Of a stretch of 64,000 nucleotides of DNA, positions 16,134-25,490 are shown piece by piece. Location: positions 229 to 64,228 of the forward strand of contig JANWIA010000024.1 in NCBI GenBank assembly GCA_025450105.1, written 5' to 3'. The notes under the pieces are model-generated. The model saw only the letters and a list, made by a program, of their open reading frames with translations, did not search any database and had not been told where the DNA came from. Numbering within the stretch: the stretch's first letter is position 1; each line of letters begins with the position of its first letter. This DNA comes from Candidatus Doudnabacteria bacterium. GTDB lineage: Bacteria > Patescibacteriota > Doudnabacteria > UBA920 > O2-02-FULL-48-8. A program made the translations under genes and the position numbers.

Positions 16134-16565
16134 ATGAATGATAAGAATAAGGTTAATTTAGTACTCGAGTTTATAAAAGGCCATAATTTAGGGGTATTAG
16201 CTACCGTTAACCGCGAAAATAAACCGGAAGCAGCTGTTATTGGTTTTTCGGAAACAGATGATTTTGAGATTTTATTCGCCACTTTTGAAAGTTCTCGCAA
16301 ATATAGTAACTTAAAAAAAGACGGTAACGTTGCTTTGGTCGTTGGTTGGGACCAGGGCAAGACTGTGCAACTTGAGGGTTTGGCGGAAGAAATTACTGAT
16401 CCGGCTAAGATTGAAAATTTTAAACGTGTTCATATGGCTAAGATTCCAACCGCTATTAAATGGTTAGGTCACAATGAGGAGAGGTTTTTTTCCATCAAAC
16501 CAAGATGGGCTCGATTTACGGATTTGGCTGTTGACCCATTTGAAATTTTTGAAATAAATTTTTAA
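16134..16565 (+). CDS. Pyridoxamine 5'-phosphate oxidase-like FMN-binding split-barrel protein
   Basis: The 143-aa protein has a PNPOx-like fold pattern. Confidence 0.55.
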   Translation: MNDKNKVNLVLEFIKGHNLGVLATVNRENKPEAAVIGFSETDDFEILFATFESSRKYSNLKKDGNVALVVGWDQGKTVQLEGLAEEITDPAKIENFKRVHMAKIPTAIKWLGHNEERFFSIKPRWARFTDLAVDPFEIFEINF

Positions 16566-16597
16566 AGGTCGGTATCTAAAAATAATTAACAAGTACT

Positions 16598-16786
16598 ATG
16601 AAACAAAAAGATTACTTATTGTGTAGTGCCTTTATTTTTTTGGCCTTGGCCGTTATGCATGCTTTGAGAATTTTAAATTCCTGGCCAGCAAGAATTGCGG
16701 AGTTTGATGTGCCAATGGCAGTGAGTTATTTTGCCTTGGTCATTGCCGCGTTTCTATCGTATACCGGTTTTAAGCTAAGCAAATAA
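16598..16786 (+). CDS. Small membrane protein (62 aa), hypothetical
   Basis: The protein has two hydrophobic segments. Confidence 0.4.
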   Translation: MKQKDYLLCSAFIFLALAVMHALRILNSWPARIAEFDVPMAVSYFALVIAAFLSYTGFKLSK

Positions 16787-16796
16787 ACCGTAATTG

Positions 16797-16822
16797 AAAA
16801 TACCAGGGAGACCTGGTATTTT
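16797..16822 (+). terminator. Intrinsic terminator (11-bp stem AAAATACCAGG/CCTGGTATTTT, GAGA loop)
   Basis: This is a perfect hairpin in a T-rich context. Confidence 0.8.
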
Positions 16823-16829
16823 AATTTGT

Positions 16830-17387
16830 ATGAATATAAAACAAAGAATTGCTGCACTAAACAAGATTGCCAAAGAGATTGCGTTTTGCAAAGCTTGCCG
16901 CCGAAACAAGGTCGGTTTGCCAGTGCCTGGGGAAGGTTCCGTAAACGCTAAAATTGCCTTTATTGGCGAGGCGCCAGGCAAAACGGAAGCAAATACCGGG
17001 CGCCCATTTGTGGGTCGTTCCGGACAGTTTTTACGCGCACTTATCCGGTCCCTGAAACTGGATGATCTGAAGGACGTTTATATTACCAGCCCGGTGAAAT
17101 ATTTGCCCAAGCATGGCACGCCAACACCGCAGGAAATTGCCCATGGTCGCAAACATTTGAATGAGCAATTGAATATTATCCAGCCAAAAATTATTGTTTT
17201 ACTTGGCAGTGTTGCGGTGCAAGCAGTCCTGGAAAAAAAATTGCCCATGATGCAACATCATGGGACCATTATCGAGCAGGATGGCAGAAAATACTTTTTA
17301 ACCTTGCATCCGGCCGCAGGCATCCGTTTTGTAAAGTTCAAAAAGATTATCGAAAAAGACTTTAAGAAAATGAAATCGAATCTATAA
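16830..17387 (+). CDS. Uracil-DNA glycosylase superfamily protein (family 4/5-like)
   Basis: A GEAPG motif and Cys pairs are present. I chose the ATG at 16830 because the track's TTG at 16794 lies inside the terminator. Confidence 0.7.
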   Translation: MNIKQRIAALNKIAKEIAFCKACRRNKVGLPVPGEGSVNAKIAFIGEAPGKTEANTGRPFVGRSGQFLRALIRSLKLDDLKDVYITSPVKYLPKHGTPTPQEIAHGRKHLNEQLNIIQPKIIVLLGSVAVQAVLEKKLPMMQHHGTIIEQDGRKYFLTLHPAAGIRFVKFKKIIEKDFKKMKSNL

Positions 17388-17663
17388 AAGAAGAACCGCC
17401 AATCGGTTCTTGTGGGGGAGAACGCATTCTCAACAGAATGTTTGGTCCACGACTCTTCTGCTTCGCACCGACACCAGTCGGTAACGGCAGACGACCAAAG
17501 GCTCCACGTCGATACACGATCGACTCACACCACAGTATTCCGGATTGGCGGGTAACCACCACACTACAGTTATTTATAGAAGCAGTCAAACTGCTGTATT
17601 AGTGTATAATTTATCTTTATTTCATAATATGTTTTATAATTAAGAGGCAATTAACTTTTACAT

Positions 17664-18452
17664 ATGAGATCAATTTGGACCGGTTCGCTAAGCTTTGGGC
17701 TAGTTAACATTCCCGTGCGGTTATATAGCGCCACAGCTGGGACAGAAATAAGCTTTAATATGCTTCACAAAAAGGATTTATCGCCAATTAAGTATGTCCG
17801 CATTTGCCGCAAGGACGGTAAGGAAGTGCCTTACGAGGAAATTGTAAAAGGCTACGAATACCAGAAAGGCGACTACGTGGTGCTGACTGAAGAGGATTTT
17901 AAGAAGATTAGCGCCAAAAAAACTAAGACCATCGACATTTTGGATTTTTCTATGGAGAGTGAAATCGACACAATTTATTTTGAAAAGCCTTATTATTTGG
18001 AACCGGAAAAAGGTGCAGAAAAAGCATACATTCTTTTGCGCGACGCCTTGAAGCAATCCAAGAAGGTTGGGATTGCGACATTTGTCATGCGCAACAAGGA
18101 ACACTTGGCCGCAATAAAAACATTTGAGGATGTTTTAGTTTTGAATCAGTTGCGTTTCCAGGACGAAATCCGAACACCAGATGAATTAAACCTACCGAAG
18201 GTTAAGGCCGCAGCAAAAGGCAAAGAAATAGAAATTGCCCTGTCGTTAATTGACCATTTAACGGGTAAGTTCAAACCGGAATCCTATAAAGATACTTACA
18301 AAAAGGATTTGGAAAAGATCATCAAAGCCAAGGCCAAGGGCAAGCCAATCAAGATTAAGGAAGAAAAAGAACCGCACGCCACAGAAGTTGCCGATATTAT
18401 GAAGTTGCTCAAGGAAAGTTTGGAAAAGGAACACGTTCGCGCCCGCGCATAA
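17664..18452 (+). CDS. ku: Ku protein (bacterial non-homologous end joining)
   Basis: The N-terminus reads MRSIWTGSLSFGLVNIPVRLYSAT and a Ku core is present. The length is 262 aa. Confidence 0.9.
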   Translation: MRSIWTGSLSFGLVNIPVRLYSATAGTEISFNMLHKKDLSPIKYVRICRKDGKEVPYEEIVKGYEYQKGDYVVLTEEDFKKISAKKTKTIDILDFSMESEIDTIYFEKPYYLEPEKGAEKAYILLRDALKQSKKVGIATFVMRNKEHLAAIKTFEDVLVLNQLRFQDEIRTPDELNLPKVKAAAKGKEIEIALSLIDHLTGKFKPESYKDTYKKDLEKIIKAKAKGKPIKIKEEKEPHATEVADIMKLLKESLEKEHVRARA

Positions 18453-18455
18453 TTC

Positions 18456-19064
18456 ATGAGCCTGGCTACATACAAGAAAAAACGAAAGTTCGATGCTACT
18501 CCGGAACCTTCTGGTAAGATTTTGAAGGGCAAAGGACCTCTCAAGTTTGTTATCCAAAAACATGCCGCTACTCGCCTGCATTATGATTTTCGAATTGAGC
18601 ACAAAGGGGTGTTAGTCAGCTGGGCTGTGCCAAAAGGGCCATCTCTCCGTGGGGAAGATAAACATTTGGCCATGTCGGTTGAAGACCATCCGCTCGATTA
18701 TATGAAGTTCGAGGGAGTTATCCCGGAAGGAAATTACGGGGCCGGTGTGGTAATTGTTTGGGATTTTGGAAATTATTTGGCTTTGGGTGCCCGAGACCGG
18801 GCGGAAAGCGAAAAATTGATTGCCGCCGGATTGAAATCCGGCCAAGTAAAAATTGTTTTGAATGGCGAAAAAGTTAAAGGTGGTTTTGCGTTTATCAAGC
18901 TTAAGAACGATAAAAAAGGGAATGCCTGGTTATTAATTAAAGAAAAAGACGCTTATCGGAAAAACGTCGATATCACTAAAAAAGATAAATCCGTATTGTC
19001 GGGAAAAAACTTGAAGCAGATGGAAAAAACAAAGAATCAATGGACTGGCCATGCCGCGCATTAA
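18456..19064 (+). CDS. LigD 3'-phosphoesterase domain protein
   Basis: The protein has the motifs HYDFRIEHKGVLVSWAVPKGPS and EGNYGAG. Confidence 0.85.
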   Translation: MSLATYKKKRKFDATPEPSGKILKGKGPLKFVIQKHAATRLHYDFRIEHKGVLVSWAVPKGPSLRGEDKHLAMSVEDHPLDYMKFEGVIPEGNYGAGVVIVWDFGNYLALGARDRAESEKLIAAGLKSGQVKIVLNGEKVKGGFAFIKLKNDKKGNAWLLIKEKDAYRKNVDITKKDKSVLSGKNLKQMEKTKNQWTGHAAH

Positions 19065-20970
19065 TTTATCAAATGCTCCGAGGGGTACAATGCCGCTAAA
19101 TGTTAAACCAATGTTGGCGACATTGGTGGACCAACCATTCGACGGACCCGAATGGTTGTTTGAAATAAAGTGGGATGGGTTTAGGACAATTGCACAAATC
19201 AAAAAGAAAAAAGTGGATTTGTATTCCCGCAATTTAGTTTCATTTACAGAACTCTTCACGCCAATCCAAAAAACTTTAAGCAAGTTGAATTTTGACGCAG
19301 TCTTGGATGGGGAAGTGGTTGTTGTCGACGACAAAGGCAAGTCCCATTTCCAGTTGTTGCAAAATTACAATAACACCGGCGAGGGTGCTGGCCGGCTAAT
19401 TTACTTTGTCTTCGATATTTTATATTTGGATGGCCGCGATCTTCGCGGACTTCCGCTGATTGAGCGCAAGGAGATTCTGAAGAAGATCTTACCGAAAACG
19501 AAAAACGTTCGATATTCAGACCATGTTTTGGAGCACGGAAAAAAGTTTTATCAGATCGCCCAAAAGCAGGATCTGGAAGGGATTATCGCCAAGAAGACTA
19601 CAAGCACTTATCAAATTGGCCGGCGTACAATGGACTGGTTAAAAATAAAATTGCACCATGAACAGGAAGCAGTGATTGTTGGCTTTACCGAACCCAAAGG
19701 AGGACGAAAGTATTTTGGCGCTTTGATTCTTGGGGTTTATGAAAATGCGAAACTAAAGTATGTCGGGCATACTGGCGGTGGATTCAATGAACAATTACTC
19801 AAAACCATTCACGGTAAATTAAAACCCTTAGTCCAAAAAGTATCGGCGTTTGAAACCATTCCCAAAACTAACGCGCCCGCAACTTGGGTCAAACCAAAAT
19901 TGATTGCCCAAGTAAAATTTGCCGAATGGACTGGCGACGGCCATATGCGCCAACCAATTTTTATTGGATTGCGAACCGATAAAAAACCAACTGCTGTTTC
20001 CAAGGAATTGCCAAAGGACATCAATCCCAAGTCTATGAAAACTTCAGGAAAGAAAAATTCAGAAGATCGAGAGTTAAAGATCAATAGTAATTTAGTAAAG
20101 ATTACACATTGGGACAAAGTCTACTGGCCAAAGGAAAAAATTACCAAAGGCCAGGTTATTGAATATTACAGAAAAATTTCCAAATACATTTTGCCGTACC
20201 TTAAGAACCGTCCGGAATCTTTGAACCGCCATCCGCACGGTATTGATGGGCAAAGTTTTTTCCAGAAGGATGTTGGCGACATGCCGCCGAAATGGGTTAA
20301 GACCCACAAAGTTTTTTCCGAATCCAACAACAAACATTTGAATTATTTGATTTGCCAGGATGAAGCCACGCTGGTTTACATGGCCAATCTGGGCTGCATT
20401 GAAATTAATCCGTGGAATTCCCATATTGGGAGTTTGGATAAACCAGATTATTTGATTGTCGATTTGGATCCTGAAGACATTTCATTTGATAAGGTTGTGG
20501 AGGCGGCACAGGTTACACATGAAGTCTTGAACAAACTTAAGGTCCCGAGCTACTGCAAAACATCCGGGGCAACTGGTTTACATATCTACATTCCGCTCGG
20601 GGCAAAATACACTTATGATCAGGCCAAACAATTTACCCAATTGGTCGTGACCATGGTCCATAATCGCTTGCCGAACACAACCAGTCTCGAGCGCCGACCA
20701 ATAAAGCGCCAGAAAAAAGTTTATTTGGATTTCTTGCAAAATCGCCGCGGGCAAACTCTGGCAGCCGCTTACAGCATCCGTCCAAAAGCAGGGGCAACCG
20801 TTTCCACGCCGCTGGATTGGAAAGAAGTAAAGAAAGGTTTGAGCCCAAAAAATTTCACCATGTTTAATATTTTTGACCGTCTGAAAAAGAAAAGCGATTT
20901 GTGGAAGCCGGTTTTAGGAAAAGGCGTAGATTTGAAAAAAGTTTTAGCGCGGCTTGAAAATTCAAAATGA
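19051..20970 (+). CDS. ligD: DNA ligase D, ligase plus primase-polymerase domains
   Basis: An ATP-dependent ligase signature (EIKWDGFR) is followed by a C-terminal LigD polymerase domain. The gene overlaps the PE ORF by 14 nt. Confidence 0.88.
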   Translation: MPRINLSNAPRGTMPLNVKPMLATLVDQPFDGPEWLFEIKWDGFRTIAQIKKKKVDLYSRNLVSFTELFTPIQKTLSKLNFDAVLDGEVVVVDDKGKSHFQLLQNYNNTGEGAGRLIYFVFDILYLDGRDLRGLPLIERKEILKKILPKTKNVRYSDHVLEHGKKFYQIAQKQDLEGIIAKKTTSTYQIGRRTMDWLKIKLHHEQEAVIVGFTEPKGGRKYFGALILGVYENAKLKYVGHTGGGFNEQLLKTIHGKLKPLVQKVSAFETIPKTNAPATWVKPKLIAQVKFAEWTGDGHMRQPIFIGLRTDKKPTAVSKELPKDINPKSMKTSGKKNSEDRELKINSNLVKITHWDKVYWPKEKITKGQVIEYYRKISKYILPYLKNRPESLNRHPHGIDGQSFFQKDVGDMPPKWVKTHKVFSESNNKHLNYLICQDEATLVYMANLGCIEINPWNSHIGSLDKPDYLIVDLDPEDISFDKVVEAAQVTHEVLNKLKVPSYCKTSGATGLHIYIPLGAKYTYDQAKQFTQLVVTMVHNRLPNTTSLERRPIKRQKKVYLDFLQNRRGQTLAAAYSIRPKAGATVSTPLDWKEVKKGLSPKNFTMFNIFDRLKKKSDLWKPVLGKGVDLKKVLARLENSK

Positions 20971-20995
20971 TTGTCATTGCGAGCGATTAGCGAAG
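20963..20995 (+). repeat. Copy of the TGTCATTGCGAGCGA(TT)AGCGAAGCAATCT motif
   Basis: About 28 of 30 nt match the reverse complement of 14166-14198. Confidence 0.6.
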
Positions 20996-21042
20996 CAATC
21001 TAAACTTTGGTATGATAAATACACCTATTGAAAGGAGTATGC

Positions 21043-21441
21043 ATGGACGACAAAGACATGCCAAAAACTGAGGACGAGTGGAAGAAAAAACTGACGCCAG
21101 AGCAGTATCGCATTTTGCGCGAAAAGGGAACAGAAGCACCTTTTTCCGGCGAGCTTAACGATTCCCACGAAAAAGGGATGTTTGTTTGTGCCGCTTGCGG
21201 CAACCAATTGTTTTCCTCGGACACCAAATTTGATTCCGGCACCGGCTGGCCATCGTTTACTGACCCAGTGAATTTACAAAACATTGAACTGCACGAAGAT
21301 AGTGACCACGGTATGCACCGCACCGAAGTCACCTGCAAGCGCTGCGGTTCCCATTTGGGTCACGTTTTTGACGACGGCCCGCAAGACAAAGGCGGAAAAC
21401 GTTACTGTATCAACTCCGCCTGTTTACTTTTAAAGAAATAA
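21043..21441 (+). CDS. msrB: Peptide-methionine (R)-S-oxide reductase
   Basis: Two CxxC pairs and the motifs GWPSF and [21 protein letters not shown] are present. An AAAGGAG SD lies 5 nt upstream of the ATG at 21043. Confidence 0.88.
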   Translation: MDDKDMPKTEDEWKKKLTPEQYRILREKGTEAPFSGELNDSHEKGMFVCAACGNQLFSSDTKFDSGTGWPSFTDPVNLQNIELHEDSDHGMHRTEVTCKRCGSHLGHVFDDGPQDKGGKRYCINSACLLLKK

Positions 21442-21452
21442 AATTTAATTAA

Positions 21453-23306
21453 TTGCTTATGAAATTCTTTTTGCTCCGAGTTGTTCCTGTTCTCGTGTTT
21501 TTGTTTTGTGCCTTTGCTTCCGCTAAAGTTGTTAATGCCCAAATTTTGGGTAGTACAAATATTACGGCACCAACCGAAGGGCAGGTTATTACGATTGGAA
21601 AAACTTTTGAAATCAAATGGGACAAAGAAACTTTTGAGGAGGATTTGGATATTAGTCTCCATGGCTACAATATCACTACTGGTGAATATGTTGGCGGTTT
21701 TATTAAGAGATCAGTTTCAAATACTGGATCTTATAAGTGGGACACTTCCAGGTCACTAACCGTGGATGATGATTTGTTAGGTGACTACACTACAAAATTA
21801 GGTACAGGATACTCATATAAAATTGTGATTCTCGGTGAGGCTAACACAGGGTCGAATTTTGGGTATACCAAAGAATTTTCGTTGTTGAAATCTGGTGATG
21901 ACCTAAGCTTGGTATCAAAACCAAGTATTAAGCTTCTCAGTCCAAATAATGGGGAGAGTTTCAAGATTGGAGATAAAATTCCGATTACTTGGGTTGGGTC
22001 ATATGTTAATCTTAGCTCTACTATGTATGTTGTAGCTTCGATTGGCGATACTTCGTTGTATATTGCCAAGGACGTTCCGATATCTACTGGTACCGTCTAT
22101 TGGGACACTACAAAAAGTTTCTTAAATCTTAAACAAGCTTATGAGATTGCAAAGCCCGGGGAATGGAAATTAGTGATTGGTGCAACAGATCTCACTGCCT
22201 ATGATTATGCCGACCAGGCAATTAAATTAACGGACGCTACCGGCGTGATCCCGAACGCAAAGCCTCGTAGTTTTGTCGACAATGTTGATGCTAGTGGGAT
22301 GTTAAATGGTTGGGCCTTTGATCCAGACTTTGTGAATTCGGCAATTAAAATCCATGTCTATTTTGACAGTCCTGCTGACCCAACAAAGACTTCTTCTTCA
22401 ACAACGACATTTGTCAGCCGCCCCGATGTAAACACAGCTTTTGGCTTAACCGGCAGTCATGGATTTAGACTTCCAATTCCTGAAATGTATCATGATGGCA
22501 AGATTCACAGGGCATATGTTTATGGAATTGATGGAAGTGACCCGGCGAATAATAACGCCATCGCATCCAATAGCCCATTCAGTTTTACAGTAAAGAATAA
22601 ACCACTCGCGCATGTCACGGATGGTGACTTGTTTGTTGATAACGGAACCATTTATGTTATTGAATATGGAGTGAAGCGACCATTTCCTTCAATGACTGTT
22701 TTTAACCAATATTATTATTCCCTAAAGAATGTTATTCCGGCTGATCTCTCCGGTATTACCTCAGGCGCGGTCATGGTTGCGAATGGTCGGCATCCGCGTG
22801 GAGCTGCTGTTCTTATTAACGGCACCGTCTACTTTATGGGTGCCAATAACAAGTATCCGTTCAATACCGAAACAGTTTTCAATCTTTGGGGTTTGAAGTT
22901 TGAGCAAGTTGTTAAAGCTAATGCCGCTGATCTTACGGTTCCGGATGGACCAATCATGACTCCGCCAGGAACAGCTGAGCCTGGGCAAATTTCGGTGAAT
23001 CCCGATAGCGGGTTGCCTCGTGATGCAAAGTCGCTTGCGGACGTGAGACAAATCATGACTGCCCTTGAACTGTACTGGAACGACCATAACACATATCCGA
23101 CTACTGCCATGGGATTAGCGGCCCTTGTTGTCGTGAACTACTTGAGTAGTGTCCCGGCCCCAACACCTGCCGGGTCCTGTACAGCTACAACATATCTCTA
23201 TACGAGTCCAATGCCGAATATGTATAGCATGAAGTTTTGTTTAGAAAACCCAAGTGGGGGCTTTGCCGCTGGCGAGCACTACGCTACTGAAGAAGGTCTG
23301 CAATAA
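21453..23306 (+). CDS. Large secreted protein with signal peptide and C-terminal type IV pilin-like globular domain
   Basis: The N-terminus has a signal peptide. The C-terminal region reads LELYWNDHNTYP. The length is 617 aa. Confidence 0.6.
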   Translation: MLMKFFLLRVVPVLVFLFCAFASAKVVNAQILGSTNITAPTEGQVITIGKTFEIKWDKETFEEDLDISLHGYNITTGEYVGGFIKRSVSNTGSYKWDTSRSLTVDDDLLGDYTTKLGTGYSYKIVILGEANTGSNFGYTKEFSLLKSGDDLSLVSKPSIKLLSPNNGESFKIGDKIPITWVGSYVNLSSTMYVVASIGDTSLYIAKDVPISTGTVYWDTTKSFLNLKQAYEIAKPGEWKLVIGATDLTAYDYADQAIKLTDATGVIPNAKPRSFVDNVDASGMLNGWAFDPDFVNSAIKIHVYFDSPADPTKTSSSTTTFVSRPDVNTAFGLTGSHGFRLPIPEMYHDGKIHRAYVYGIDGSDPANNNAIASNSPFSFTVKNKPLAHVTDGDLFVDNGTIYVIEYGVKRPFPSMTVFNQYYYSLKNVIPADLSGITSGAVMVANGRHPRGAAVLINGTVYFMGANNKYPFNTETVFNLWGLKFEQVVKANAADLTVPDGPIMTPPGTAEPGQISVNPDSGLPRDAKSLADVRQIMTALELYWNDHNTYPTTAMGLAALVVVNYLSSVPAPTPAGSCTATTYLYTSPMPNMYSMKFCLENPSGGFAAGEHYATEEGLQ

Positions 23307-23328
23307 ATGTAGCTTAAATTAGCCAAAA

Positions 23329-23372
23329 AACACCCCTAGGATCTTGACAAATGGGGTGTTTTTTGCTAGTAT
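23329..23372 (+). promoter_or_regulatory. Terminator hairpin (AACACCCC/GGGGTGTT plus T-run) with an embedded promoter TTGACA-N17-TAGTAT
   Basis: The -35 box lies in the hairpin loop. The promoter architecture matches that at 13464-13495. Confidence 0.6.
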
Positions 23373-23390
23373 TGGAGAAATTCAGAACCA

Positions 23391-23436
23391 CAGTATTGGC
23401 CGCAGTGTGTTTACAGTATTAGCCGCAGTGTGTTTA
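23391..23436 (+). repeat. Tandem 23-nt direct repeat (CAGTATTGGCCGCAGTGTGTTTA x2, one mismatch) in a 5' leader
   Basis: It lies immediately upstream of an AAGGAGG SD. Confidence 0.7.
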
Positions 23437-23448
23437 AGGAGGAGTATC

Positions 23449-23751
23449 TTGCACAATCGTCGCAATCGGCGCCGAGGTAGTCGAGCCCACTGGATCCACT
23501 GGGAAGTCATGTTTGATGGAGAGGCACACGAGACGTGGGCTCCAACCAAGAAGGCAGCCAAGAGCTTTGTGCGTCGGCGAGTTGCTGATGGCAAACGCCA
23601 CAAAATGTCGGACCTGTCACTGGACCAATTCACGGCGACTCCGACAGGGACGAAGCCGGGCACTCCCACTCCGTCGCGAGTCACCTCACCGGCAGCAATG
23701 CCAACCCCGGCCACTCGGCCGGTCGCGCAGCGCTTACTCTTTGAACTCTAA
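23449..23751 (+). CDS. Small basic protein with Pro/Thr-rich C-terminus (about 100 aa, TTG start), hypothetical, GC-rich
   Basis: An AAGGAGG SD lies 6 nt upstream of TTG. The protein reads HNRRNRRRGSRAHWIHWEVMFDGEAHETW ... TPTPSRVTSPAAMPTPATRP. Confidence 0.45.
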   Translation: MHNRRNRRRGSRAHWIHWEVMFDGEAHETWAPTKKAAKSFVRRRVADGKRHKMSDLSLDQFTATPTGTKPGTPTPSRVTSPAAMPTPATRPVAQRLLFEL

Positions 23752-23774
23752 AGGGTAAGCGCTGTTTTCTTTTG
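23729..23774 (+). terminator. Intrinsic terminator (9-bp stem AGCGCTTAC/GTAAGCGCT plus T-rich tract)
   Basis: The terminator overlaps the stop codon at 23749-23751. Confidence 0.65.
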
Positions 23775-23802
23775 TTTACGCAAAATATGGTACAATTAAT
23801 CC

Positions 23803-25440
23803 ATGAACATAAACGAGATTCGCGGGCTGATCAAAGGCGAAGTTTCGGATGATAAACTGGATCTGTTCAAGTACAGCCACGATGCGAGTATTTTTGAAAT
23901 CAAACCCCAATTAATAGTTTTTCCTAAAGACGCCGATGACATAAAGCGCCTTGTTCGTTATATCGGCGAGCGCAAGCAAAGCGATCCATCCTTGTCGCTG
24001 ACAGCGCGCGCCGGGGGATCGGATATGTCCGGCGGGCCGTTAAATGATTCTTTGGTATTGGATTTTACAAAACACATCAATGCAGTTTCGGAATTCCATG
24101 ACCAGACAGTTGTGGTTGAGCCCGGAGTTTTTTATCGCGACTTGGAAAAAATTATGGATCCAGCCGGGTTAATTTTTCCATCTTACCCGGCCTCAAAGGG
24201 TTTGTGCGCGCTTGGCGGCATGCTCGCCAATAATTCCGGCGGTGAAAAATCTTTATCATACGGCAAAACAGAAGATTATGTGGAAGAGTTAAGCGTGATT
24301 TTGTCCGATGGCAATGAATATCAATTCCGCGAACTGGATAAGACTGGATTGGACAAGAAAATGGCCCAGCAAAATTTTGAAGGTGAGGTTTACCGTAAAG
24401 TTTTTCAGTTGATCGAAGGTGATTACGATGCGATTAAAGCAGCCAAACCGAATGTCACTAAAAATTCCGCAGGATATTATTTGTGGAATGTTTGGGATCG
24501 CACGAAATTCAATATGGTCAAACTACTTGTAGGATCGCAAGGGACTTTAGGCTTGATCACGAAAGCCAAATTAAAATTAGTAAAACCAAAAACACATTCG
24601 GAACTTTTGGTTATGTTCCTGAAGGATTTAAAACCCTTGGCCGATATTGTCACCACACTTCGCCCGTACCATGCCGAAACCTTCGAATCATTTGATGACC
24701 ACACAATGGGGCTCGCGGTGAGATTCTTGCCAGACATGATCAAGAAAATGAAAGGGAACATTTTTAAATTAGGACTACAGTTTTTGCCGGAACTTTGGAT
24801 GCTTCTCACCGGCGGCTTACCAAAATTAATTTTAATCGCGGAATTCACGGGCGATTCCGAAGAAGAAGTTCTGAATAATTTGGCTAAAGCTCAAAAAGAA
24901 GTTAAAGAAAAATTCCATATCAAAACGCACGTCACCAAATCGCCGCAGGAAACCCAAAAATACTGGACTATCCGCCGGGAAAGTTTTAATCTGCTGCGCC
25001 AGCACAGTTCGGGATTAAATACCGCGCCATTCATTGACGATATTATTGTCCATCCCGCCGATCTGCCGGATTTCTTACCAAAACTCAACAAAATTTTTGC
25101 CAAGTATCCACACTTGATTTACACCATTGCCGGTCATGCCGGGGATGCCAACTTCCATATCATTCCACTAATGGATTTGAAAAAGGAAGACCAGCGCCAA
25201 ATTATCCCGGCGCTGTCCGACGAAGTCTATGATTTGGTTCTGCAATACAAAGGTTCGATTACGGGTGAGCACAATGACGGTTTAATCCGAACCCCATATT
25301 TGGAAAAAATGTATGGACCAAAAATTACCAGTTTGTTTAAGCAGGTTAAGGAGATTTTTGATCCGCAAAATATTTTTAATCCCCGCAAGAAAGTAGGCAC
25401 AGACATGAAATACGCTCTCGACCACATCAAACGCAACTAG
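23803..25440 (+). CDS. FAD-linked oxidase (GlcD / D-lactate dehydrogenase family)
   Basis: An FAD-binding PCMH domain signature and a C-terminal oxidase domain are present. The length is 545 aa. Confidence 0.75.
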   Translation: MNINEIRGLIKGEVSDDKLDLFKYSHDASIFEIKPQLIVFPKDADDIKRLVRYIGERKQSDPSLSLTARAGGSDMSGGPLNDSLVLDFTKHINAVSEFHDQTVVVEPGVFYRDLEKIMDPAGLIFPSYPASKGLCALGGMLANNSGGEKSLSYGKTEDYVEELSVILSDGNEYQFRELDKTGLDKKMAQQNFEGEVYRKVFQLIEGDYDAIKAAKPNVTKNSAGYYLWNVWDRTKFNMVKLLVGSQGTLGLITKAKLKLVKPKTHSELLVMFLKDLKPLADIVTTLRPYHAETFESFDDHTMGLAVRFLPDMIKKMKGNIFKLGLQFLPELWMLLTGGLPKLILIAEFTGDSEEEVLNNLAKAQKEVKEKFHIKTHVTKSPQETQKYWTIRRESFNLLRQHSSGLNTAPFIDDIIVHPADLPDFLPKLNKIFAKYPHLIYTIAGHAGDANFHIIPLMDLKKEDQRQIIPALSDEVYDLVLQYKGSITGEHNDGLIRTPYLEKMYGPKITSLFKQVKEIFDPQNIFNPRKKVGTDMKYALDHIKRN

Positions 25441-25490
25441 CCGTTTCGATATGGAAAAAATCAGGCGAATAATGTAGAATAAATCAGCTT

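Noticed and set aside
18456-19070. The possibility that LigD is a frameshifted pseudogene at the PE/ligase junction.
   Set aside because: Both ORFs are intact with their own start codons. The ATG...TAA overlap looks like ordinary translational coupling. I cannot exclude a sequencing indel without reads, so this is kept as a finding rather than called a pseudogene.
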